A stretch of DNA of 64,000 bases from positions 25,533 to 89,532 of the forward strand of contig JALHNY010000003.1 of the NCBI GenBank assembly GCA_022843285.1, given 5' to 3'. Below, piece by piece: positions 18,500 through 27,046 of the stretch; within the stretch, counting starts at the first letter, position 1, and each line of letters opens with the position of its first letter. The position numbers and the translations under genes are program-made. Under the pieces are notes generated by a model. The model searched no databases and was not told the origin of the DNA. It saw only the letters and a list, made by a program, of their open reading frames with translations. This DNA comes from Minisyncoccota bacterium. GTDB lineage: Bacteria; Patescibacteriota; Minisyncoccia; UBA6257; 2-01-FULL-56-20.

Positions 18500-18853
18500 T
18501 CAGTACTCGAACAGCACCTTCCGGAAGTTTTTTACTTTTCCGGACACAGCATCTACCTCGATGCCCTCCTGCGCGTAGAGCTCCATGCGCTCCGCGCGGT
18601 GTGACGCGTCTGCCCACACGCGCCCGTCCGCGTACACGATGCGGTGGAAGGGAATGCCGCGCTCGCCGGCATCGTGCGCCTTGCCGAGAATCGCCGTGAC
18701 GCTCTGCGATGCCATTGCGCCGCCACCTGCGGCTCGTGCGATGCGGCCGTACGTGGTCACGCGACCCGGCGGCACCATGAGTGCCTTCTTCACGACCTGC
18801 TCGCTGAACCTGCCCACCCTAGTAGATGGCGAGGGCCACGAGCGCCTCGTCAA
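18500..18853 (-). CDS. MGMT-fold alkyltransferase-like (ATL) protein lacking the catalytic cysteine
   Basis: It has the MGMT DNA-binding fold with PFHRIV in place of PCHRV. The real start may be the internal Met (MVPPGRVTTYG…). Confidence 0.5.
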   Translation of the reverse strand: MTRRSWPSPSTRVGRFSEQVVKKALMVPPGRVTTYGRIARAAGGGAMASQSVTAILGKAHDAGERGIPFHRIVYADGRVWADASHRAERMELYAQEGIEVDAVSGKVKNFRKVLFEY

Positions 18854-19607
18854 AGTCCCATCCCCCGGTCTTCACCGCGACGTCACCGCGCGCAGCGGCG
18901 AGCGGGTTCGCGCTGTACGAGGCCATCGCAAAAATCTTTGCGGGAGCGTCACCGGTGGCCTCGAGGTGAGCCAGCGTCGCGAGGCGCCCGGCGGGGTCGC
19001 CCGATCCGAGCTTGCGAAACTCTCCCCAGCTCGGCGTACCCCCGCTGGGTGCTGCGGCGATGGATCGCTCCATGCGCTCCGCGCGAAACTCCGCGGGCGT
19101 CGCGGCGAGAACGTCGAGCTCGGTTGCCACGCCCCAGCTGTCTCCCGAGAACGCCGCGGCGAGCCTCTGCACCTCGGTGCGCGTGAGCTCGCAGTTCCTG
19201 TGCTGAGCTTCTCGTGCCACGAACGTGACCCACGCGTCGCCGGCGAGCTTCGGGAAGGACTCCTGCTTCACGTCGTCTTCCGTGAGGCGCGCGTACGTCT
19301 TCGCGGGCTTGTCCGTGTCGGCAACCAGAATGAGGTGGTCCCTCTCGCTCGTCGCGGTGCGGTTCACGAGCACCTTCAGCTGGCCGGGCGTGAGCTCGAG
19401 CGCGCCGCTGAGCACCACGAGCGTGCGCGGGGAGAACAGCGACGTGCTCGAGAGCACCTCGTTCACGCGGTCTGCGGCGTCAGGTTCAGACTCGGCGTCG
19501 AAGCGGCGAATGCCGGAGCCGGGGTACTTGGAGAGGAACTGCCGGATAGCCTCTGCCAGGCGCTGCGCGCGCCGATAGCTGTCCGCGCCGTGCAGAAAAA
19601 TCGTCAC
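18819..19607 (-). CDS. holA: DNA polymerase III delta subunit-like protein
   Basis: The pattern IFLHGADSYRRAQRL…SLFSPRTLVVLSGA…LILVAD…ELDVL follows the HolA N-terminal and middle-domain consensus. Confidence 0.5.
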   Translation of the reverse strand: MTIFLHGADSYRRAQRLAEAIRQFLSKYPGSGIRRFDAESEPDAADRVNEVLSSTSLFSPRTLVVLSGALELTPGQLKVLVNRTATSERDHLILVADTDKPAKTYARLTEDDVKQESFPKLAGDAWVTFVAREAQHRNCELTRTEVQRLAAAFSGDSWGVATELDVLAATPAEFRAERMERSIAAAPSGGTPSWGEFRKLGSGDPAGRLATLAHLEATGDAPAKIFAMASYSANPLAAARGDVAVKTGGWDFDEALVALAIY

Positions 19608-20611
19608 AGGAGGGGGCCGCGATCTGGGTGAGCAATCTCGAGGTGGTCGTAGCCGGCGGGCAGGAGAACGCGCCCCCCGGAGGTGCGCTGCAGGAAGCCC
19701 ACGGACATGAGGAACGGCTCGTAGATGTCCTCGATGACGCCCCGGTCCTCGGAGAGGGCTGCGGAGAGCGTCGCAATGCCGACGGGGCCGCCCCCGTACT
19801 TCTCGGCAATGGTGCGCAGGAGCATGCGGTCCTGGGGCTCCAGGCCCCGGTGGTCTATGTCCAGGAGCTTCAGGGTGCTCTGCGCCGCCTCGAGGTCGAT
19901 GGCGTCCTTGTCCGCGACGTGCGCGTAGTCACGCGCGCGGCGCAGGAGGCGGTTGGCCACGCGCGGGGTCGCGCGGGCAGCACCCGCGAGGAACGCTGCC
20001 GCCTCGGGTGTCACCGATACGCCGAGCAGCTCAGCGTTGCGCTCGATGATCTGCTGGATCTCGCTCGGCGCGTAGTAGTCGAGGCGGAGGATCGCGCCGA
20101 AGCGGGTGCGGAGCGGGTGCGAGAGCAAATTCTCGCGCGTGGTGGCGCCGAGCAGCGTGAACGGGGGGAGGTCGAGCACGAGGCTGCGCGCGGACGGACC
20201 CTTGCCTACAATGATGGGCAGCTTGCGGGACTCCATCGCCGGGTACAGCACCTCCTCGATGGCGCGGTTCATCCGGTGAATCTCGTCGATGAAGAGAACG
20301 TCGTTCGGCTCGAGGTTCGTGAGGAGTGCGGCGAGGTCACCCGCGCGCTCGAGCGCGGGGCCGGACGTGAGGCGGAGCTGCGAGCCGAAGGCTTTCGCGG
20401 TGAGGAGCGCGAGCGTGGTTTTGCCGAGACCGGCGGGACCCGCGAAGAGGAGGTGGTCCATTGGCTCGCCGCGTTTCGCGGCTGCATCAATCATGACGCG
20501 CAGATTGCGCTTCACCGTAGATTGCCCGACGTACTCCTCCCAGGCACCAGGCCGGAGAGCCTGATCTACTGATGTTTCCTCAGCTGAACCGGAGGGTACT
20601 GGTTGGTCCAT
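19604..20611 (-). CDS. ruvB: Holliday junction ATP-dependent DNA helicase RuvB
   Basis: Walker A GPAGLGKTTLA, Walker B VLFIDEIHR, and the winged-helix C-terminus. The start is set at the internal Met (MDQPVPS…), 4 nt from the holA-like stop. Confidence 0.9.
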   Translation of the reverse strand: MDQPVPSGSAEETSVDQALRPGAWEEYVGQSTVKRNLRVMIDAAAKRGEPMDHLLFAGPAGLGKTTLALLTAKAFGSQLRLTSGPALERAGDLAALLTNLEPNDVLFIDEIHRMNRAIEEVLYPAMESRKLPIIVGKGPSARSLVLDLPPFTLLGATTRENLLSHPLRTRFGAILRLDYYAPSEIQQIIERNAELLGVSVTPEAAAFLAGAARATPRVANRLLRRARDYAHVADKDAIDLEAAQSTLKLLDIDHRGLEPQDRMLLRTIAEKYGGGPVGIATLSAALSEDRGVIEDIYEPFLMSVGFLQRTSGGRVLLPAGYDHLEIAHPDRGPLL

Positions 20612-20652
20612 ACGGGCTAAAAGTACCAATTTCAGGGCAGCTGGCACCATAT

Positions 20653-20681
20653 TGACAAATGGGTGTAACTGTATTAGTATA
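20653..20681 (+). promoter_or_regulatory. strong sigma70-type promoter with no annotated downstream gene
   Basis: TTGACA, a 17-nt spacer, then TAGTAT on the plus strand. The next plus-strand gene is 2.5 kb away. Confidence 0.45.
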
Positions 20682-20975
20682 CCCACGTTAGCTCATGGAG
20701 CACCGTTCTTTCTGATCTGGGGGCAGGATGTTGATCTTAGTCTCAGGATGGTCCGGTTTCGGCGGGATCTCTCCTCGGATTGCATCCATTTCTCCCAACC
20801 TGCTTGGGAGTTACCACTCTTTCGCGTGTCCCCAGATCAGAGGGAATGTCATTAAGACAATGAACGTACGCTCGGTGCTACGTAGCACGAGCCCAAGAAA
20901 ATTTAAGACATAAACCTGAACTCAATTGAGAAGAGCCCCGCTGTGAAGCGGGGCTCTTGCACTGCCCGTGTTCGT

Positions 20976-21446
20976 TTAGCTGATCATCTTCTCCGCGCGG
21001 AGCGCGCTGACAATCTTCTGCGTGATGTCGGAGAGCGGAACCTGCCGGTACGGAGCGGGAGAGAGCCACCTGGAGTCGGTGATCTCTGCGCCGTACCTGC
21101 CGACGTTGCCGACGTACGTGCTGCCAGGATTGAGCACGTACGTTCGCACGACAATCTCGCGGTGGCTGTGCGGCGTGATGCCGGTGAACACCCTCCAGAA
21201 CGACGCATCGTCGAAGCTCCACTGGAAGCTGGGGAGCTCTTCGCGGAGCTCTCTCTCGAGGCACTGGCGGTCTGACTCTCCCGCTTCCGGCTTGCCCCCG
21301 GGGAGAATCCAAATGTCCCGCTTCTGCAGGAGCAAAAGCTCGCGGTACTGGTCGGTGACTATCAGGTTAATGCAGTCCCCGATACCCGCGTGCACCTTTT
21401 CTAAAACCCCCAGCTCCTGGGAGCTGCCCTCTACCGTATGAACCAT
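20976..21446 (-). CDS. NUDIX hydrolase
   Basis: Nudix box ILPGGKPEAGESDRQCLERELREELP. Confidence 0.7.
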   Translation of the reverse strand: MVHTVEGSSQELGVLEKVHAGIGDCINLIVTDQYRELLLLQKRDIWILPGGKPEAGESDRQCLERELREELPSFQWSFDDASFWRVFTGITPHSHREIVVRTYVLNPGSTYVGNVGRYGAEITDSRWLSPAPYRQVPLSDITQKIVSALRAEKMIS

Positions 21447-21511
21447 ATTTCACCTCACTGTTTTCTAGTATCTGCGGCTAGAAAACAGAAAATGTGGGCT
21501 TCCGTCAACCG

Positions 21512-23173
21512 CTAGGCAATCGGGCCCGTGACCTCCTCAACCTCTCGGAGCGTGGTCACGCCGAGAATCGCCTTGAGCACGCCGTCGTGCTGCATCGGAA
21601 TCATGCCCTGCGCGGCGGCGGCCTGGCGCAGGGAGACCTCGGACGTCTCGCGCCCAATCTCAGCCTGGATGGCATCGGTGACCTGCAGGAACTCGAAGAT
21701 GCCGATGCGCCCCTTGTAGCCGAAGTTGTTGCAGATGTCGCACGCACCCGGGATGTACTCGACACCCTTCGCGAGCGCGGCCTCGTACGGGGTGCGGTCC
21801 ACGCGCGCGGGCAGCGCGTCGAGCGTCGCGCGCAGCTTCTCGAGTAGGGACGGATCCATGGGCTGCTCCTTCTTGCAGGTGCAGAGCTTCCTCACGAGGC
21901 GCTGCGCAATGACGACGTTCAGCGCCGGGGCAATCGTCGCCGGGCGCACGCCGAGGTCGATGAGGCGCGGCACCGCTCCGAGCGCGGAGTTGGTGTGGAG
22001 CGTCGAGAACACGAGGTGACCCGTGAGCGCAGCCTGCAGCGCAGTCTCGGCCGTCTCCCCGTCACGAATCTCACCGACGAGAATCACGTCGGGGTCCTGG
22101 CGGAGAATGGAGCGTAGTCCGGAGGCGAACGTGTACCCGCCCTCCGGGTCGACCTGCGTCTGGTCGATGCCCTCGAGCTTGTACTCGATCGGGTCTTCAA
22201 TGGTGATGACCTTCACCTCGGGGGTCGAGATGTGGCGCAGGAAGCTGTACAGCGTCGTCGTCTTACCGGATCCGGTCGGACCCGTGTTGAGAATGATGCC
22301 GTTCGGGCGCGCGAGCTCCTTCAGGATGAGGTCCTGGTCATCGGGGCGCAGGCCGAGCGCCGTGACGTCGACCGCGAGGGACCGCGGATCGAGAATGCGC
22401 ATGACGATGACCTCGCCCGAGTCCGCGGGAATGATGGAAACGCGCACCTCTGCCGATGCTCCATCCGCGAGCTTGATGGTGAAGCGGCCATCCTGCGCCT
22501 CGGACCGCACGTTGAGCTTCAGGCGGCTGAGCAGCTTGATGCGGTTATCGAGCCCCACGAACGCGTGGCGCGAGAGGTGGAAGACGTCGTGGAGCAGGCC
22601 GTCGACGCGCAGGCGCAGCAGCGCGCCGTCATCCTTGGCTTCAAGGTGAATGTCGGAGGCGCCGCTCGCGAGGGCACCCGAGGCCACCCAGTTGAAGAGG
22701 TCCGTCGTCTGCACGTCATTGAAGTCGGCGGTCTCGAGCTTCTCCTTGAGCTCCTGGAATGATTTCGGCTGCCCCTCTCCCCCGACCTTCACCTCGCCGG
22801 TAATCTCTTCGGTGGGCTTAGCCGTGTACTGGTAGAAGGCGTGCGCCTCGTCGATGCCGGAGCCGGACGTCACGAAGACTTTCAGGTGGTACCCGCGCTC
22901 TTCGAGCTTCTTGAGCATCTCCTGCACGGCGGGGTCGGTGGGGTGCTCCGCGGCAACCGCGACGTTGCGGTCCCGCATCTCCACGGTGGCCATTCGCAGC
23001 TTCTTCGCCTCGTCCTCGGAAACGAGCTGGAGCGCGTTGATGGACACGGGCGCGCGCCTGATGTCGACGTACGGCACGTGCATGGCCTCGGCGCGGTGGG
23101 CCGCGTCACGCTCCTCTGCCTCCCTCCGGATGGAGGAGACTTTGGCGGCAACGTCTTCGGGAAGGTCGGTCAT
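21512..23173 (-). CDS. pilB: type IV pilus/type II secretion assembly ATPase (PilB/GspE family)
   Basis: Walker A GPTGSGKTTTLY, Asp and His boxes, and an N-terminal GSPII_E_N-like domain; 553 aa. Confidence 0.85.
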   Translation of the reverse strand: MTDLPEDVAAKVSSIRREAEERDAAHRAEAMHVPYVDIRRAPVSINALQLVSEDEAKKLRMATVEMRDRNVAVAAEHPTDPAVQEMLKKLEERGYHLKVFVTSGSGIDEAHAFYQYTAKPTEEITGEVKVGGEGQPKSFQELKEKLETADFNDVQTTDLFNWVASGALASGASDIHLEAKDDGALLRLRVDGLLHDVFHLSRHAFVGLDNRIKLLSRLKLNVRSEAQDGRFTIKLADGASAEVRVSIIPADSGEVIVMRILDPRSLAVDVTALGLRPDDQDLILKELARPNGIILNTGPTGSGKTTTLYSFLRHISTPEVKVITIEDPIEYKLEGIDQTQVDPEGGYTFASGLRSILRQDPDVILVGEIRDGETAETALQAALTGHLVFSTLHTNSALGAVPRLIDLGVRPATIAPALNVVIAQRLVRKLCTCKKEQPMDPSLLEKLRATLDALPARVDRTPYEAALAKGVEYIPGACDICNNFGYKGRIGIFEFLQVTDAIQAEIGRETSEVSLRQAAAAQGMIPMQHDGVLKAILGVTTLREVEEVTGPIA

Positions 23174-23217
23174 GGTGCGTGTTGCTGGCGCAGGTCGTAC
23201 GTGGATAGTATACGGCT

Positions 23218-23748
23218 GTGGCAGGACACTCGCACTGGGCAGGCATTAAGCACAAAAAAGCGCTCACGGACGCAGCCAGGGCGAAGTCGTTCTCGAAGCT
23301 CTTGCGCGCCATCTCGGCAGCGGCTCGCACTGAGCCCAACGTGGATTTCAACCCGCGCCTGCGGACCGCGGTGTCCAAAGCGCGCGAGGCGCAGGTGCCC
23401 GCGGACACCATCCAGCGTGCCGTGGATCGCGCTGCCGCAGCAGCAGAAAATCTCGAGGAGCTGCTCTTCGAGGCGTACGGGCCGGGTGGCATCGCCCTCA
23501 TCATCGAAGTCACGACGGACAACAGGAACCGCGCCATTGCCGAAGTGAAGAGCACGCTCAGCAAGAACGAGGGCAAGTGGGCTGCGCAGGGAGCCGTGCA
23601 GTGGGCATTCCAGAAAACGGAAGCCGGAGACTGGGAGGCGCAGTTCCCGCAAGAGGTTGGGCAGGGTGACGCGAAGCTGCTCGGCAAGCTCGTGGATGCC
23701 CTCGAGCAGCTGGAAGACGTGCAGGCCGTGACCACCAACGCCTCATGA
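23218..23748 (+). CDS. YebC/PmpR-family protein, short form lacking the central domain
   Basis: MAGHSHWAGIKHKKA…DFNPRLRTAV…YEAYGPGGIALIIEVTTDNRNRAIAEV… It is 176 aa against ~245 aa for typical YebC. Its stop overlaps the ruvC start (ATGA). Confidence 0.6.
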   Translation: MAGHSHWAGIKHKKALTDAARAKSFSKLLRAISAAARTEPNVDFNPRLRTAVSKAREAQVPADTIQRAVDRAAAAAENLEELLFEAYGPGGIALIIEVTTDNRNRAIAEVKSTLSKNEGKWAAQGAVQWAFQKTEAGDWEAQFPQEVGQGDAKLLGKLVDALEQLEDVQAVTTNAS

Positions 23749-24218
23749 TCGTCCTCGGCGTGGACCCCGGATCGCGCAGGATCGGGTACGGCGTTATCGA
23801 GCAGGGCGCCAGGCCCAGGCTGCTGGGAGCCGGCCTCGTACCCGTGACCGCGGGAAAAGACGCGCCGGCCCTGGTCGAGCTCCGGAAGAACCTGCTCGCC
23901 ATTATTGAGCAGCACCAGCCCGATCTGGTTGCCGTGGAGAAGCTCTTCTTCACAAAAAATCGCACCACCGGCATCGCCGTGGGGCAGGCGCGCGGCGTGA
24001 TCATCGAGTGCGTCGAGCAGCGGAGCATTCCCATTGCCGAGCTCACGCCCAACGAGGTGAAGCAGGGCGTGACGGGCTCAGGAAACGCGGACAAGCGTGC
24101 AGTTGCAAAAATGGTGCAGCTCATCGTGGACTGCGGAAACCTCAAGCTCATCGATGACGCGACCGATGCAATTGCGATTGCGCTCGTTGCGGCGCAGCGC
24201 GCGCGGACGGGGAATTGA
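23745..24218 (+). CDS. ruvC: crossover junction endodeoxyribonuclease RuvC
   Basis: MIVLGVDPGSRRIGYGV… with catalytic Asp/Glu residues in conserved positions. Confidence 0.85.
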   Translation: MIVLGVDPGSRRIGYGVIEQGARPRLLGAGLVPVTAGKDAPALVELRKNLLAIIEQHQPDLVAVEKLFFTKNRTTGIAVGQARGVIIECVEQRSIPIAELTPNEVKQGVTGSGNADKRAVAKMVQLIVDCGNLKLIDDATDAIAIALVAAQRARTGN

Positions 24219-24272
24219 CAACAGCTGGGCGTGACTTAAGGTACTATCCGTTTACTAATTTTTACCTAACAC

Positions 24273-24506
24273 ATGGGACCACGTTCAACAGGATTTGATG
24301 AGCTGGAAGCCGGGTACCCGGCAATCACCGACGACGAACCCGGAGAGCCGGCATTCGCCGCGGAAGATGACGAGGACGGCGACGAAGCTCCCGCATCTGG
24401 CAAGGGCGAAGTCGAAATGGATGAGCTAGAAATGGCGGAGCAGGATTACCTCAGGGAAATTCACTCCGGAATGGTGGTCTCAGAGGAAGAGGATCTCGCG
24501 GTGTAA
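24273..24506 (+). CDS. small acidic hypothetical protein (77 aa)
   Basis: The ORF is followed immediately by a strong terminator. It is very acidic (D/E-rich) and there is no clear RBS. Confidence 0.3.
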   Translation: MGPRSTGFDELEAGYPAITDDEPGEPAFAAEDDEDGDEAPASGKGEVEMDELEMAEQDYLREIHSGMVVSEEEDLAV

Positions 24507-24515
24507 CCCGGCAAA

Positions 24516-24555
24516 AGAGCCGCGGAGCCATAGACAGGCTCCGCGGCTCTTTTTA
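24516..24555 (+). terminator. rho-independent terminator
   Basis: AGAGCCGCGGAGCC-atagacag-GGCTCCGCGGCTCT followed by TTTT. Confidence 0.7.
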
Positions 24556-24557
24556 CT

Positions 24558-27044
24558 ATGAGTCTCATGCACCATCCGCACGAAAAGCCCCACGAGAAGG
24601 GCTTGCTGGGAAAAATTCACATCAGCAAAGAGTTCTCTGGAAAGAGTCGCACGCACAAAATTCTGGTGGGAGTCGGCCTCCTCGCCGGCATCGGCGTCGT
24701 GCTCGGTGGCATTCTCGTGCTCGCGGTCGCGGCGACGCTCCCGTCCGACAGCGAAATTGCGAACCTCAAGATTCCGGAATCAACCAAGATCTTCGACCGC
24801 ACCGGGGAGGTGCTCCTGTACGACATGAGCGAGAACCAGCAGCGCGTGGTGGTTCCCCTCTCCGAGTTTCCGCAGCAGCTGAAGGACGCGACCATCGCGA
24901 TTGAGGATCCCCGATTCTACTCCACGCCGGGCATCGACCTGCTCGGCATCGGGCGCGCCATGATCAAGAACATCCTCGCGGGTGAAATTGTCGAGGGTGG
25001 ATCCACGATTACCCAGCAGCTCGCGAAAAAAGTTTTCCTCACCGATGACCGCACCTTCACGCGAAAGGCGAAGGAGGCGCTCCTGGCCATCAAGCTGTCC
25101 AGGTACTACACCAAAGATGAGATCCTGGAGCTGTACCTGAACCAGATTCCGTACGGCCCCACCATCAACGGCGCGGAGACGGCGGCGCAGATGTACTTCA
25201 ACAAGCCGGTCCGGGAGATCTCACTCGCGCAGGCAGCGCTGCTGGCTGCGCTCCCGCAGTCTCCGGTGCGCTACTCGCCGTGGGGCAAGAACACCGACCA
25301 GCTCTTCGCGCGCCAGAAGCGCGTGCTCAAAGCGATGCTCGACCAGGACAAAATCACGCAAGAGCAGTACGACCAGGCGGTCGCGGAAGAGATCACGTTC
25401 AAGGAGCGCTTCAACAGCATCAAGGCTCCGCACCTCTCCCTGATGGTGCAGGACTACGTGGTCGAGAAGTACGGCGAAGAGGCGGTGGGTCGCGGCGGGC
25501 TGCGCATCACGACCACGCTGGATTGGAAGATGCAGGAAGCTGCCGAGAAGGCGGTCCTCGAGGGAGCCAAGCGCAACGAGAGCCTGTACGGGGGAACCAA
25601 CGCGGCGCTCATGGCCATTGACCCCAAGACGGGACAGGTGCTCGCGCTCGCCGGCAGCCGCGACTACTTTGACGAGTCCATAGACGGCAACTACAACGTG
25701 CCCTTCCAGGCACTCAGGCAGCCCGGATCGACCCTGAAGCCGCTCGTGTACATGGCGGCGTTCATGAAGGGCTACACGCCCAGCACGCAGGTGTACGACG
25801 TGCCCACCGAGTTCGTGTCCGGAGACCCCAACTGCCCGGCAATCCCGAACTTCGCGAGCGGCGAGGGGAGCTGCTTCCACCCCCAGAACTTTGACGGCGC
25901 GTTCCCGGGTCCGGTGTCCCTCCGCTCCGCGCTCGCCCAGTCTCGCAACGTGCCCGCCGTGAAGGCCCTCTACCTCGTGGGGCTGCGGGACATGCTCGGT
26001 CTCGCGGAGCAGCTCGGGCTCACCACGCTCGGGTCAGCGGAGCGTCTCGGCCTCTCGCTCGTCCTCGGTGGCGGCGAGGTGCACCTCGCAGACCTCGTGC
26101 GCGCGTACAGTGTCTTCCCGGGAGACGGGTCCATCCATGACCGCGCCGTGATCTTGGAAATCAAAGACGAGCAGGGTGAGGTGCTCGAGAAGTTTGAGGA
26201 CAAAGTCACGAAAGTTGTGGATCCCGAGTACCCGCGGATGATCAACAGCATTCTCACGGACGTGAACGAGCGCGGCCGCCTGCTCGGATCCAGCTTGAGT
26301 TCCACCATTTTCGACGGGTACGACGTGGCCCTGAAAACCGGCACCACGAACGACTACCGGGACGCGTGGGCAATCGGGTACACGCCGTCCATCGTGGTCG
26401 GCGTCTGGGCGGGCAACAACAACAACCGCCCCATGGTCTCGCAGGGATCGAGCCTCGTTGCGGCAATCCCGATTTGGTCCCAGTTCCTCCGAGAGGCGCT
26501 CCCACTCTTCCCGCAGGGAGAGGCGCTCGCAAAGTCGAACGGGCCGACCACGGGCAAGCCAATTCTCGACGGCAACCCGATGCCGGACGGCACGGCGCAC
26601 AGCATCTTGCACTGGGTAGATCGCTCTAACCCGACCGGCCCCCCTCCGAGTAATCCCGGATCAGACCCCCAGTACAGCAACTGGGAGACGGCGGTGCAGG
26701 TCTGGGCCGGCAACATGTCAAGCTCGTCTACCTCCACCACTCCCGGATCTGCGGCAATCTCAATCTCCCTCCGTGAACCCTCCGGACCCATTTCTGGACG
26801 TGAGGTTGAGTTCTCGGGAACGGCGAACCTCACCCAGGAAGCGGGAGACGACGAGATTGATGAGGTCGTCATTCTCTGGAACGGCAGCCAGGTGCGCCGC
26901 TTCCGTGGAAACTTCGGCAGCAGCTATGATTTCTCTGGAAGCTTCCGGAATAACGATGGCGAGGGGAGCCACACGTTCGTCGTCCTGGTGCGCACCAAAA
27001 CGGGAGCGGAGAACTCCCGGAGCATCGAGGTCACAGCCGAGTAG
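24558..27044 (+). CDS. class A penicillin-binding protein (bifunctional glycosyltransferase/transpeptidase) with an extra C-terminal domain
   Basis: GT51 motif IAIEDPRFYSTPGID; transpeptidase motifs STLKP, SRN and KTGTT; single N-terminal TM helix; 828 aa. Confidence 0.85.
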   Translation: MSLMHHPHEKPHEKGLLGKIHISKEFSGKSRTHKILVGVGLLAGIGVVLGGILVLAVAATLPSDSEIANLKIPESTKIFDRTGEVLLYDMSENQQRVVVPLSEFPQQLKDATIAIEDPRFYSTPGIDLLGIGRAMIKNILAGEIVEGGSTITQQLAKKVFLTDDRTFTRKAKEALLAIKLSRYYTKDEILELYLNQIPYGPTINGAETAAQMYFNKPVREISLAQAALLAALPQSPVRYSPWGKNTDQLFARQKRVLKAMLDQDKITQEQYDQAVAEEITFKERFNSIKAPHLSLMVQDYVVEKYGEEAVGRGGLRITTTLDWKMQEAAEKAVLEGAKRNESLYGGTNAALMAIDPKTGQVLALAGSRDYFDESIDGNYNVPFQALRQPGSTLKPLVYMAAFMKGYTPSTQVYDVPTEFVSGDPNCPAIPNFASGEGSCFHPQNFDGAFPGPVSLRSALAQSRNVPAVKALYLVGLRDMLGLAEQLGLTTLGSAERLGLSLVLGGGEVHLADLVRAYSVFPGDGSIHDRAVILEIKDEQGEVLEKFEDKVTKVVDPEYPRMINSILTDVNERGRLLGSSLSSTIFDGYDVALKTGTTNDYRDAWAIGYTPSIVVGVWAGNNNNRPMVSQGSSLVAAIPIWSQFLREALPLFPQGEALAKSNGPTTGKPILDGNPMPDGTAHSILHWVDRSNPTGPPPSNPGSDPQYSNWETAVQVWAGNMSSSSTSTTPGSAAISISLREPSGPISGREVEFSGTANLTQEAGDDEIDEVVILWNGSQVRRFRGNFGSSYDFSGSFRNNDGEGSHTFVVLVRTKTGAENSRSIEVTAE

Positions 27045-27046
27045 TT

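Noticed and set aside
20652-20913. Two small plus-strand ORFs (67 and 61 aa) in the ruvB/NUDIX intergenic region
   Set aside because: The first begins inside the -35 element of the promoter. Both are low-complexity and lack clear RBSs. The region is kept as a candidate sRNA locus rather than as CDS.
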